64,000 nt of DNA from Clostridia bacterium (GTDB taxonomy: Bacteria > Bacillota > Clostridia > Oscillospirales > Acutalibacteraceae). The DNA is taken from contig JAFSEP010000043.1 in NCBI GenBank assembly GCA_017435665.1, positions 2,004 through 66,003 of the forward strand. Reading direction: 5' to 3'. The notes under the pieces were generated by a model. That model was not told the DNA's origin. It saw only the letters and a list, made by a program, of their open reading frames with translations, and did not search any database. Below, piece after piece: positions 38,951-47,612 of the stretch. Made by a program: the position numbers and the translations under genes. The first letter of the stretch is position 1. Every line of letters begins with the position of its first letter.

Positions 38951-39034
38951 TTATTCTTCCTCTTTTTTTATTCCGAATGCAGTCCTGAGAACGCCCTTTA
39001 ACAGCTTAGGACTTCTGACAACAACAACTTTCAT
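38951..39034 (-). CDS. spoVM: Stage V sporulation protein M (27 aa), absent from the ORF track
   Basis: MKVVVVRSPKLLKGVLRTAFGIKKEEE aligns with B. subtilis SpoVM (MKFYTIKLPKFLGGIVRAMLGSFRKD) over PKxLxG(I/V)(V/L)R...G. AGGAGG 9 nt upstream. Lies near rsgA/prkC as in Bacillus. Confidence 0.75.
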   Translation of the reverse strand: MKVVVVRSPKLLKGVLRTAFGIKKEEE

Positions 39035-39065
39035 ATATGCTTTACCTCCTGACCAAAATTCTTGT

Positions 39066-39209
39066 TTATCTGCTGACTATAACGCCTGAAGCGATAAGTG
39101 CCAATGCCAAAACGAAAATCAAAAACTTTGTAGGGAAGCATAATGCAAATAAGAGTCCTGCCGCAAAAGATGAAAATGCAAGGCCTGCACATTTACCTTT
39201 TGAACACAT
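39066..39209 (-). CDS. Candidate 47-aa two-TM membrane peptide
   Basis: MCSKGKCAGLAFSSFAAGLLFALCFPTKFLIFVLALALIASGVIVSR. GGGAG 9 nt upstream of the ATG. Lies between rsgA and spoVM on the same strand. Confidence 0.4.
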   Translation of the reverse strand: MCSKGKCAGLAFSSFAAGLLFALCFPTKFLIFVLALALIASGVIVSR

Positions 39210-39271
39210 CTGTAACACTCCCTTTTTTCGTTTCTGTTACAGTATATGTCTGCGGATAAAAAAGTGATAAT

Positions 39272-40147
39272 TTATAATTGCCAATGCTTTATATCTTTTA
39301 TTTCGTTATAAATTGAAACGTAGCTGTTATGCCTTGATTCGGGAATATCACCGTTTTTCACTCTTTCAAGTACGGCGCATCCCTTTTCGCATACGTGAGA
39401 ACAGTCAACAAACTGACACTCGCCTATGCTTTTTTCAAATTCTCTGAAGTAAAACTGCAGGTCATCCTTGAGTATAACGTCATTGCTTATAAAGTCAAGG
39501 GATGAAAAACCCGGGGTATCTATCACATAGCCACCGAATAAAGGAAACAGCTCTGCCTGACGTGTGGTATGCCTGCCACGCCCCAGCTTATCGCTTATCT
39601 CCCCTGTTGCAAGGGAAAGCTCCGGAGAAATTTTGTTTATAAGCGTGGACTTACCTACGCCCGTATTACCGGTGAAAACAGTAACCTTATTTTTCAAAAG
39701 AGCCTTAATTTGATCAACATCCGTATCCTCTTTAGCAACGGTGAATACCGTAAATCCGGCCTTTCTGTAAGTCAGGGCAAGCTCCCTGCAGTCAGCAAGG
39801 TCGGATTTTGAGAAAACTATAACCGGCTCAATCTTCTTTTTCTCCGCAATGGCAATCAGCTTATCCATAACAAGGGTGTTAGCTGTGGGCTGAATAACGG
39901 ATGAAACCAAAATCATAAGATCAACATTTGCCACCTGCGGTCTTACAAGAGAGTTTTTGCGCTCCTTGATTTCATCAATGGTGTTTTCTCCGTTTTCTCT
40001 GACTGTTATGGTGACATAATCTCCTGCCAGAGGGGATATTCTGTTTTTACGGAATATCCCTTTGGCCTTACATTCATAAACAACGTCATTGGCTTTTACG
40101 TAATAAAAGCCGCCTATTCCCTTTAAAATAATACCGTCAAGCTGCAT
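39272..40147 (-). CDS. rsgA: Ribosome small-subunit-dependent GTPase A
   Basis: Circularly permuted GTPase: FSKSDL then GNTGVGKSTLIN. C-terminal zinc cluster CQFVDCSHVCEKGCAV. Confidence 0.9.
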   Translation of the reverse strand: MQLDGIILKGIGGFYYVKANDVVYECKAKGIFRKNRISPLAGDYVTITVRENGENTIDEIKERKNSLVRPQVANVDLMILVSSVIQPTANTLVMDKLIAIAEKKKIEPVIVFSKSDLADCRELALTYRKAGFTVFTVAKEDTDVDQIKALLKNKVTVFTGNTGVGKSTLINKISPELSLATGEISDKLGRGRHTTRQAELFPLFGGYVIDTPGFSSLDFISNDVILKDDLQFYFREFEKSIGECQFVDCSHVCEKGCAVLERVKNGDIPESRHNSYVSIYNEIKDIKHWQL

Positions 40148-40181
40148 AAAATCTGCTCCGTATCTATTTTATAATACTCTA

Positions 40182-42341
40182 TTACTGCTCCGGTGTACCT
40201 TCACCCGCATTACCGCCGTCAGGAAGACTTGCTCCGTCTGTGGAAGGCTCCTGAGATGCTGAAGGCGCTGTTGTACCGACTGCATCCGTGCTTTCGGGAG
40301 GAGTAGGTACTGTGGTATCGGAAACGGGTTGTGTTGTTGTGGTGGGCGCAGTAGTTGTGGTGGTTGTTGTGACCTTATATTTGTAGGTCTTTACGGAAGA
40401 AAGAACATTCTTTCCCGATAATACATCTCTTGTAAGGTCAACCTTTGCGGTATACACCTTCTGATTATCGATATAGACTGCGATTTTGCACTGCTTTTCG
40501 GGACAGCCAACGGAAAGTGTTGTTTTCTTGCCGTCAAGCTTTACACTTGTTTTATCCTGCTGCTTACCGTCCACCTTGACAACAACGCTGCCCTTTGCTC
40601 CGCCTGCATCGGGAAGTCTGAGCTCTACGTCAACGTGACCGTGATATCCGCTGCTCATAATTACGGAAATCTTGGTTCCCTTGGGAACCTCCTGACCTGC
40701 AAGGTCGTTACCGACAATCTGTCCCTTCTTCTTGTCGCTGTCTCTGTACGTTGAATTTGCGGTATCAAGAACAAGTCCTGCCTCGGAAAGCACCTTTTTG
40801 GCTGAATCAAGTGTTTCTCCTGCAAGTATGGGAACAATAACAGTCTGCTTGTTTTCATTTGACTCAGCTGCAACATAAATTGTAACTGTTGAGCCCGAGG
40901 GTGCGCTCTCACCTCTTGCCGGAGAGGTCTTTACAATGTGTCCGAGCTCCTCGTCGGACTTAGTATCATATTCAATAGCCGTTACGAAGCCGTTACTTCT
41001 CAGGGTGCTTTGTGCAGTTGCCAGGTCATAGCCGTAAACATCAGGTATTTCAACCTTTGCTCCGCCTGAAGCAATCTGAAGAAGAATCTTGTCACCTCGT
41101 GAAACCTTTGTGCCTGCATCGGGTTCCTGATCGATAACAGTACCGTCGGGGGCATCCGAATCAGTTACAAACTCGGTCTCAATATACTCAAGGAAATCAG
41201 CATATTCATCATTTGTGGCGATTTCCTCGGTATAGTTCTTATCAACAAACTGAGGAACGGTCAGATCCTTCGAAGAGCCTGATGCCACAATGATAATCAT
41301 TATAATCACAAAGATTATCAATCCTCCGAGAACGCCGCCAAGTATACCTATGGTTTTTCTTCTCTTTGCTTCCTCAATTTCAGCAAGTGCCTTTCTCTTT
41401 TCCTCGGCAACATCCTTTTTGTTGCTTTCGTCAAGCTTTTTCTTGATTTCTGCTGAGGGAATAAACTTAGTGGGCTGATTATCAACAAAGAAATTATAAT
41501 CAAACTTTATGTTGGGATTTCTTCCGAATTCACCAAGATCCACAAGCATTTCTGCTGCAGACTGATAACGGTCAGCAGTATTCTTCTGCATGGCACGCAT
41601 AATTATCTGCTCAAGACCGACAGGGATATCGGGATTGATTTCTCTTGGTCTCTTAGGCTCCTTCTGGAGCTGCATAAGAGCAACGGAAACAGCGTTTTCT
41701 GACTGGAAAGGCAGACAGCCGGTGAGCATTTCATAAAGAACCACGCCGATAGAATAAATATCGGACTTGGCATCTGTTACACTTCCCTTAGCCTGCTCGG
41801 GACTGATATAGTGAACGGAGCCGATGGCATCCTCAGTCATAGACTTTGTCTCACCTCTTGAGAACATTGCAATTCCGAAGTCTGTCACCTTGATGGTTCC
41901 GTTAGAAATAAGCAATATATTCTGAGGCTTGATATCTCTGTGAACAATACCCTTATCGTGAGCGTGCTGCAAGGCTCTTAAAATCTGCATTATGAAATAA
42001 AGAGCCTCTCTGATTTTTATCTTTTTCTGCTGCTGAATATACTCTTTCAGCGTTATACCTTCAACATATTCCATAACAATATACTGAAGCCTGTCACCGA
42101 AGCTGACGTCAAGAACCTTGACTATATTCGGATGTGAAAGAACGGCAATCGCCTTTGACTCATTCTGGAAACGGCGTCTGAATTCCTCGTTTGCAAGAAA
42201 TTCATCTTTAAGAATTTTTACTGCAACAACTCTCTGGTCGATGTTATCGTATGCCTTATAAACAACAGCCATACCGCCCACACCGATTATTTCGTGAATT
42301 TCATAACGTCCGTCAAGTCTTTTTCCGACATAATTATCCAT
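40182..42341 (-). CDS. prkC: PASTA-domain Ser/Thr protein kinase
   Basis: HRDIKPQNILL, DFG, one TM, three PASTA-like repeats, extra beta-rich domain and a Thr/Pro-rich tail. Confidence 0.9.
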   Translation of the reverse strand: MDNYVGKRLDGRYEIHEIIGVGGMAVVYKAYDNIDQRVVAVKILKDEFLANEEFRRRFQNESKAIAVLSHPNIVKVLDVSFGDRLQYIVMEYVEGITLKEYIQQQKKIKIREALYFIMQILRALQHAHDKGIVHRDIKPQNILLISNGTIKVTDFGIAMFSRGETKSMTEDAIGSVHYISPEQAKGSVTDAKSDIYSIGVVLYEMLTGCLPFQSENAVSVALMQLQKEPKRPREINPDIPVGLEQIIMRAMQKNTADRYQSAAEMLVDLGEFGRNPNIKFDYNFFVDNQPTKFIPSAEIKKKLDESNKKDVAEEKRKALAEIEEAKRRKTIGILGGVLGGLIIFVIIMIIIVASGSSKDLTVPQFVDKNYTEEIATNDEYADFLEYIETEFVTDSDAPDGTVIDQEPDAGTKVSRGDKILLQIASGGAKVEIPDVYGYDLATAQSTLRSNGFVTAIEYDTKSDEELGHIVKTSPARGESAPSGSTVTIYVAAESNENKQTVIVPILAGETLDSAKKVLSEAGLVLDTANSTYRDSDKKKGQIVGNDLAGQEVPKGTKISVIMSSGYHGHVDVELRLPDAGGAKGSVVVKVDGKQQDKTSVKLDGKKTTLSVGCPEKQCKIAVYIDNQKVYTAKVDLTRDVLSGKNVLSSVKTYKYKVTTTTTTTAPTTTTQPVSDTTVPTPPESTDAVGTTAPSASQEPSTDGASLPDGGNAGEGTPEQ

Positions 42342-42353
42342 TTTTACGCCTCC

Positions 42354-43094
42354 TTAATAAGATATAGCAGCAACAGAAATGTTATCTCCGCCGCCGTTCT
42401 CATTAGCTCTGTCAACAAGGACTTCGGCTATACGTGTTTTTTCAGTATTATTTATAATCTCGTAAATTTCATCTGCCTCAACGAAGTTGGAAAGTCCGTC
42501 AGAGCACAGAAGAAGAGTTTCGCCTTCATCAAGATAGTCGGTTGTGAAATCTATTTCAATTTCCTCCTCAACACCGAGTGCTCTCGTTATAACGTTTTTC
42601 CTCGGGTGATTTTTCAGCTCCTCAACAGAGATTTCACCGTTATCATACATCTGCTGAACAAGGGAATGATCCTTTGTGAGAAGTCTTATGCCTGACTTTG
42701 AAACAATATATGCTCTGCTGTCTCCTGCATGTCCTATGCAAATCTGACCGTTTACGATTACGGCACATATTACGGTGGTGCCCATACCGTTCAGGTCGGG
42801 GTTTGCGCAGGCTATGTCATAAACCGAAACATTAGCGGTGGTTATTGCCGATAAAAGCATATTTTCAATTGATGACAATGGCATCGGCTCACGATAGCAC
42901 ATATCGATTTTCTTAGAAATCATTTCGCAGGCAACAGAACTTGCAGTCCGGCCGCCCCTTGCACCGCCCATACCGTCGCATACCATAGCATATGCCGCAT
43001 CAGAGCTGAGCTGTCTGACACATACGCTGTCTTCATTATCACTACGCTTGCGTCCGATATCACTTTTTGAAACCAAAAGCATTGTATTTCTCAC
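42354..43094 (-). CDS. stp: PP2C-family Ser/Thr phosphatase
   Basis: NEDS, DGMGG, and CSDGL...DNISV motifs. Immediately upstream of prkC. Confidence 0.85.
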   Translation of the reverse strand: MRNTMLLVSKSDIGRKRSDNEDSVCVRQLSSDAAYAMVCDGMGGARGGRTASSVACEMISKKIDMCYREPMPLSSIENMLLSAITTANVSVYDIACANPDLNGMGTTVICAVIVNGQICIGHAGDSRAYIVSKSGIRLLTKDHSLVQQMYDNGEISVEELKNHPRKNVITRALGVEEEIEIDFTTDYLDEGETLLLCSDGLSNFVEADEIYEIINNTEKTRIAEVLVDRANENGGGDNISVAAISY

Positions 43095-43113
43095 TCCCTT
43101 TGTTTCTGTGTTT

Positions 43114-44145
43114 TCATTCTTCCTTCTTTTTGCGCCTGAGCTGACCGCAGGATGCGTTAATGTCAGAGCCCAGAGTTCGTCTTACGGTTGTATTGATACC
43201 GTATGATTCCATAACGGAAACAAATCTTCTTATTCTTTCATCATTGCTCTTTTTATATCCCGTTTCCTTAACCTCGTTTACGGGGATAAGGTTAACGTGA
43301 GCCAGCATTCCCCTGAGCTTCTTCGCAAGCTCCCTTGCACATTCATCGGAATCGTTGACACCGCTTATCATTGCATATTCAAAGGAGATACGTCTGTTTG
43401 TCGCCTTTGTATAGTCTCTGCAAGCCTTGAGAAGCTCATCAACACCCCATTTATTGTTAACGGGCATAGTCCTTGAACGGATTTCATCATTGGGTGCGTG
43501 CAGGGAAATTGACAGAGTAAGCTGCAGCTTCTTTTCCATAAGCCTGTATATTCCGTCAACCACACCGCAGGTAGAAAGGGAAATATTCCTCATGCTCATA
43601 TTCTGACCCTTTTCATCGGTTATCAGAGAGATAAAATCCATCACATTATCAAAATTATCCATGGGCTCACCGACGCCCATAAGAACAACGTGGGATATTC
43701 TTATACTCAGATCCTTCTGTGCAGTATAAACCTGAGCGAGTATTTCCCCTGCCGTAAGGTTCCTGACAAAGCCGGCAATGGTCGAAGCGCAGAATTTACA
43801 GCCCATTTTACAGCCCACCTGACTTGAAACGCAGATGGTGTATCCGTATTTATATTTCATAACAACGGATTCAATGTATTCTCCGTCGTTCAGCTCAAAC
43901 AGATACTTAACTGTATCATCATACACCGAAACCAACTTTTTTTCAATAGAGCAGGAACAAAATTCATAATTATCTTTCAATTTCTCACGCAGAGCCTTTG
44001 AAATATTTGTCATTTCATCAACAGAGGATACCTGATGTTGATGAAGCCATGAATATATCTGCTTTGCTTTAAATTTCGGCTCTCCCAAACCGAGGATTTC
44101 CTCCTCAAGCTGAGACAGACTCATTGATCTTAAATCTTTTTTCAT
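43114..44145 (-). CDS. rlmN: 23S rRNA/tRNA (adenine-C2) methyltransferase RlmN (radical SAM)
   Basis: CKMGCKFCAS radical-SAM cluster and C-terminal conserved Cys (DINASCGQL). Confidence 0.9.
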   Translation of the reverse strand: MKKDLRSMSLSQLEEEILGLGEPKFKAKQIYSWLHQHQVSSVDEMTNISKALREKLKDNYEFCSCSIEKKLVSVYDDTVKYLFELNDGEYIESVVMKYKYGYTICVSSQVGCKMGCKFCASTIAGFVRNLTAGEILAQVYTAQKDLSIRISHVVLMGVGEPMDNFDNVMDFISLITDEKGQNMSMRNISLSTCGVVDGIYRLMEKKLQLTLSISLHAPNDEIRSRTMPVNNKWGVDELLKACRDYTKATNRRISFEYAMISGVNDSDECARELAKKLRGMLAHVNLIPVNEVKETGYKKSNDERIRRFVSVMESYGINTTVRRTLGSDINASCGQLRRKKKEE

Positions 44146-45458
44146 ATACCGTTCCGTTCAAATACCGCAATAAAAAAACCGTCACAGCCGTTTTTATGCG
44201 GTGTCAATGTGTAATATTTATCCGTAACCGACGGAATATCCAGCGGCTTTATACTTCTGAAATCGGGATGCTCCTTCAAAAACAGGTCACATACCTTGTC
44301 GTTTTCCTTTTTATTGAGAGTGCAGGTTGAATAAACAAGTCTGCCTCCTTTTTTCACATACTGCGCACCGTTGCACAGGATTTTATATTGGATATCGGGA
44401 AGTGCCTTGAAATCGTCAAGAGCTTTATATTTTATCTCAGGTTTACGTCTTATAACACCTAATCCTGAGCAGGGAACATCGCACAGCACCCTGTCGGCTC
44501 CCTGAAGGTTGGGATAAAACCTTGTTGCATCGGCAACACAGGTTGTTATATTCTCTATACCCAGTCTCTGTGCGCCCTTATCTATAAGTTCGGTTCTTGA
44601 CGGGTATACGTCAAAAGCAAGTATACTGCCCGTGTTTTCTGTGTATTCGGCGGCTGTAAATGCTTTTCCGCCGGGCGCCGAACACAAATCAAGTATTTTC
44701 TCGTTTTTCTTAGGGTCGAGTGCCGTTATGCAATACTGAGAAGCTATATCCTGAGCGTGGAAGAGACCTTTTTTATATGCGTCAAGGCTCTCTATATCGC
44801 ACCCGAGCTTTCCGACAGAAACGGCATTTTCAACAAATCCGCACTTTTCCGCACTGACGCCCTCCTTTTCAAGAAGGTCAATAAGCTCAGCTGTGTTTGT
44901 TTTAAGGGTGTTTACCCTGAGTACCGTTTCGGTTTTTTCAAGACTTGCCTCAAGCAGCTTTTCCGTGTTTTCTTCACCGTAAGCCTTGTTCCACATAGAA
45001 ATCAGCTGAGGCGGGCAGGAAAACTTAATGCTCATATATTCTGTTTTATTGCTTTCGGCAGGTAAGATAAGACCGTTTGCCGAAACCTTGCGAAGCACTG
45101 CATTTACAAGACCTGATGCGTATTCGCATCTGTTATCCTTTGCAAGTCTTACGCTCTCATTAACTGCGGCAGAAACGGGGACCTTATCCATAAAAAGCAA
45201 CTGATATGTACCAAGCCTGAGTATCATATGAACAGGTGCCTTCAGCTTATTAAGAGGCTTGGAAAGATACTTTTCAATCTGATAGTCAAGGGTCAGTTTT
45301 CTTTCGGTACAGCCGTAAATAAGTGCAGAAACAAATGCTTTATCCTTGGCTGAAAGAGACGACGAAGCAAGAGCACCGTCAACCGCAAGGTTTGAAAATG
45401 CCCCCTCTTTTTCAATTTTCATCAGAATTTCAAAAGCATACTGTCTCGCACTTTTCAT
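44142..45458 (-). CDS. rsmB: 16S rRNA (cytosine967-C5) methyltransferase RsmB
   Basis: NusB-like N-domain, DLCSAPGGK, DVPCSGLG, YSTCT. Confidence 0.9.
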   Translation of the reverse strand: MKSARQYAFEILMKIEKEGAFSNLAVDGALASSSLSAKDKAFVSALIYGCTERKLTLDYQIEKYLSKPLNKLKAPVHMILRLGTYQLLFMDKVPVSAAVNESVRLAKDNRCEYASGLVNAVLRKVSANGLILPAESNKTEYMSIKFSCPPQLISMWNKAYGEENTEKLLEASLEKTETVLRVNTLKTNTAELIDLLEKEGVSAEKCGFVENAVSVGKLGCDIESLDAYKKGLFHAQDIASQYCITALDPKKNEKILDLCSAPGGKAFTAAEYTENTGSILAFDVYPSRTELIDKGAQRLGIENITTCVADATRFYPNLQGADRVLCDVPCSGLGVIRRKPEIKYKALDDFKALPDIQYKILCNGAQYVKKGGRLVYSTCTLNKKENDKVCDLFLKEHPDFRSIKPLDIPSVTDKYYTLTPHKNGCDGFFIAVFERNGI

Positions 45459-45469
45459 TGTATATATCC

Positions 45470-46162
45470 TTATCTTCTTCTGTTATTTGCTCTGAGGAAA
45501 AGTCTCAAGAACTGTGCCACGGCAACTATAAGTGCGGCAACGTAAGTCATCGCTGCAGCAGAAAGCACCTTTTTTACTGCAGGCAGCTCCTCAGCAGAAA
45601 GCATATTTGTTTCATCAATTACCCTTACTGCCCTTCTCGAAGCGTTGAATTCAACGGGAAGTGTAACCAGCTGAAATACAACAATGAAGAAATAAAGCAG
45701 AAGTCCGATTGAAACTAAGGGCTCAAAGCTGAAAACCAAACCGAGAACAGTCAGAAAAATGCCTGCCGTTGAGCCTATTCTGGTAAGAGGTATAACAGCG
45801 TTTCTGACCTTAATCGGGAAGTATGCCTGAGCGTGCTGGGCGGCGTGTCCTGCCTCGTGACAGGCAATGCCCACGGCAGCAATGTTGTTTCCGTCAAACA
45901 CTTCGGGAGAAAGCCTGATGACGTTTGCTCTCGGGTCAAAGTGGTCAGAAAGCCTGCCGCTTGTCTTTTCGATTTTCACATTATTTATTCCGTAGTGCAT
46001 AAGCACATTATATGCTGCCTGGGCACCGGTGAGACCTCTTTGATTTCTCACCTTGGAATACTTTGAATAAGCTCTGTTTACCATTGAATTTGCAATAAGA
46101 GCAATTATAAAGGCAGGTACACAAAGCAGAATATAGTATCTGTCAAGATAAAGAAATGGCAT
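45470..46162 (-). CDS. Membrane zinc metallopeptidase (YugP/PF04298-like)
   Basis: HEAGHAAQH zinc motif, N-terminal and C-terminal TMs. Confidence 0.75.
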   Translation of the reverse strand: MPFLYLDRYYILLCVPAFIIALIANSMVNRAYSKYSKVRNQRGLTGAQAAYNVLMHYGINNVKIEKTSGRLSDHFDPRANVIRLSPEVFDGNNIAAVGIACHEAGHAAQHAQAYFPIKVRNAVIPLTRIGSTAGIFLTVLGLVFSFEPLVSIGLLLYFFIVVFQLVTLPVEFNASRRAVRVIDETNMLSAEELPAVKKVLSAAAMTYVAALIVAVAQFLRLFLRANNRRR

Positions 46163-46179
46163 AAAATAACCTCCGATTG

Positions 46180-47106
46180 TTATAAAACGGTTCCTTTGGC
46201 AAGCTTCTTACCTCTGAGAAAATCCTGAGCACTCATTCTCTTCTTTCCTTCAAGCTGAACTTCCAAAAGCTCAACACATCTGTTATCGCCGCAGCAGACG
46301 ATAAATCTGTCTTCGCCGGAGATAACAGCACCTGATATATTATTACCCGTTTTATCGCTTATAACAGCCTTATGTATTTTTAAGGTTTTACCCTCGAGCA
46401 CCGTTGAAGCACCGGGCCACGAGTAAAGTCCTCGGATTTTGTTATGTATCTCCTGAGCAGATAAGCTCCAGTCGATATTGCTCATCTGCTTGGAAAGCAT
46501 ACCCACATACGTTGCCTGACTTTCATCCTGCTTAACGGGATTGAGCTCGCCCTTTTCAAGTGCTTCGAGGGTTTCTTCAAGAGTATCCGCACCAAGAACG
46601 GAAAGTCTGTCAAACAGCTCCTCAGCCGTTTCGTTTTCGCCAACGGGTATTTTTCTTATAAGGAGTATATCGCCCGTGTCAATGCCTGAATCCATCTGCA
46701 TTGAAGTTACACCGGCTTCCTTGTCGCCGTTGAGAACTGCCCACTGAATGGGAGAGGCTCCTCTGTATTTCGGCAGAATTGAGCCGTGGATGTTGATACA
46801 TCCGTATTTGGGATAGCTTAGAAAATCCTCGGGAAGAATTTTTCCGTATGCTATAACTATTGCAAGGTCAGGCTTTACTTCCTCAAGTATTTTCACGCCC
46901 TCTCCGTTTCTGAGACTATTGGGCTGAAAAACAGGTATACCGTGCTGTAAAGCAAGCTCCTTAACGGGAGGTGCGGTAAGCACCTGAGCTCTGCCCTTAG
47001 GCTTATCGGGCTGGCAGAAAACTCCCACTACCTCATGGTCTGAATTTATAAGTCTTTCAAGACACGGTACTGCAAAATCGGGAGTACCCATAAAAACAAT
47101 TCTCAT
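46180..47106 (-). CDS. fmt: Methionyl-tRNA formyltransferase
   Basis: MRIVFMGTPDFAVP and HGSILPKYRGASPIQ. Confidence 0.9.
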   Translation of the reverse strand: MRIVFMGTPDFAVPCLERLINSDHEVVGVFCQPDKPKGRAQVLTAPPVKELALQHGIPVFQPNSLRNGEGVKILEEVKPDLAIVIAYGKILPEDFLSYPKYGCINIHGSILPKYRGASPIQWAVLNGDKEAGVTSMQMDSGIDTGDILLIRKIPVGENETAEELFDRLSVLGADTLEETLEALEKGELNPVKQDESQATYVGMLSKQMSNIDWSLSAQEIHNKIRGLYSWPGASTVLEGKTLKIHKAVISDKTGNNISGAVISGEDRFIVCCGDNRCVELLEVQLEGKKRMSAQDFLRGKKLAKGTVL

Positions 47107-47111
47107 ATCCG

Positions 47112-47582
47112 TTATCCTTTCTCATCCTGAGGCTGAAGCTCGGGAGGTGCAAGTCTGTCTGTGAAAACGAAGCCGTCAAGGTGGTCTATCTCGTGGCAGA
47201 AGCATCTTGCCTTGAGACCCTCTCCGCTGTAAAGACACCATTTGCCCTCTCTGTTCTGTGCCTTGACTTTAACCTTTTCGGGTCTTATGGTATTTGCATA
47301 TTCGCCGGGCAGAGAAAGACAGCCTTCCATTTCAACCTGCTCGCCCTCTCTGTGAGTTATTTCAGGATTAATAAGCTCCAGATATCCGTCGCCGCAATCG
47401 AGAACAACAACACGCTTGAGAACTCCCACCTGCACTGCTGCAAGACCTACACCGTCGGCCTTATACATAGTATCCTTCATATCGTCAAGCAGGGTAAAAA
47501 GTCTGTCATCAAACTTTACTACCTCACGGCTTGTCTTTTTAAGTATCGGATCACCGATTTTCACAATGTTTCTGATTGCCAT
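47112..47582 (-). CDS. def: Peptide deformylase
   Basis: GVGLAAVQVG, EGCLSLPG, HEIDHLDG. Confidence 0.9.
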   Translation of the reverse strand: MAIRNIVKIGDPILKKTSREVVKFDDRLFTLLDDMKDTMYKADGVGLAAVQVGVLKRVVVLDCGDGYLELINPEITHREGEQVEMEGCLSLPGEYANTIRPEKVKVKAQNREGKWCLYSGEGLKARCFCHEIDHLDGFVFTDRLAPPELQPQDEKG

Positions 47583-47612
47583 AAATTACTCTCCTTTATA
47601 TCAGTTTCATAA

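Noticed and set aside
39037-39267. 76-aa plus-strand ORF
   Set aside because: It has no RBS. It overlaps two minus-strand micro-ORFs that do have RBSs, one of them a good SpoVM match with conserved synteny.
40182-40400. Thr/Pro-rich tail of PrkC (TTTTTTTAPTTTTQP...)
   Set aside because: It is a low-complexity linker or glycosylation-type tail, common in extracellular parts of Firmicute proteins, and not a separate feature.
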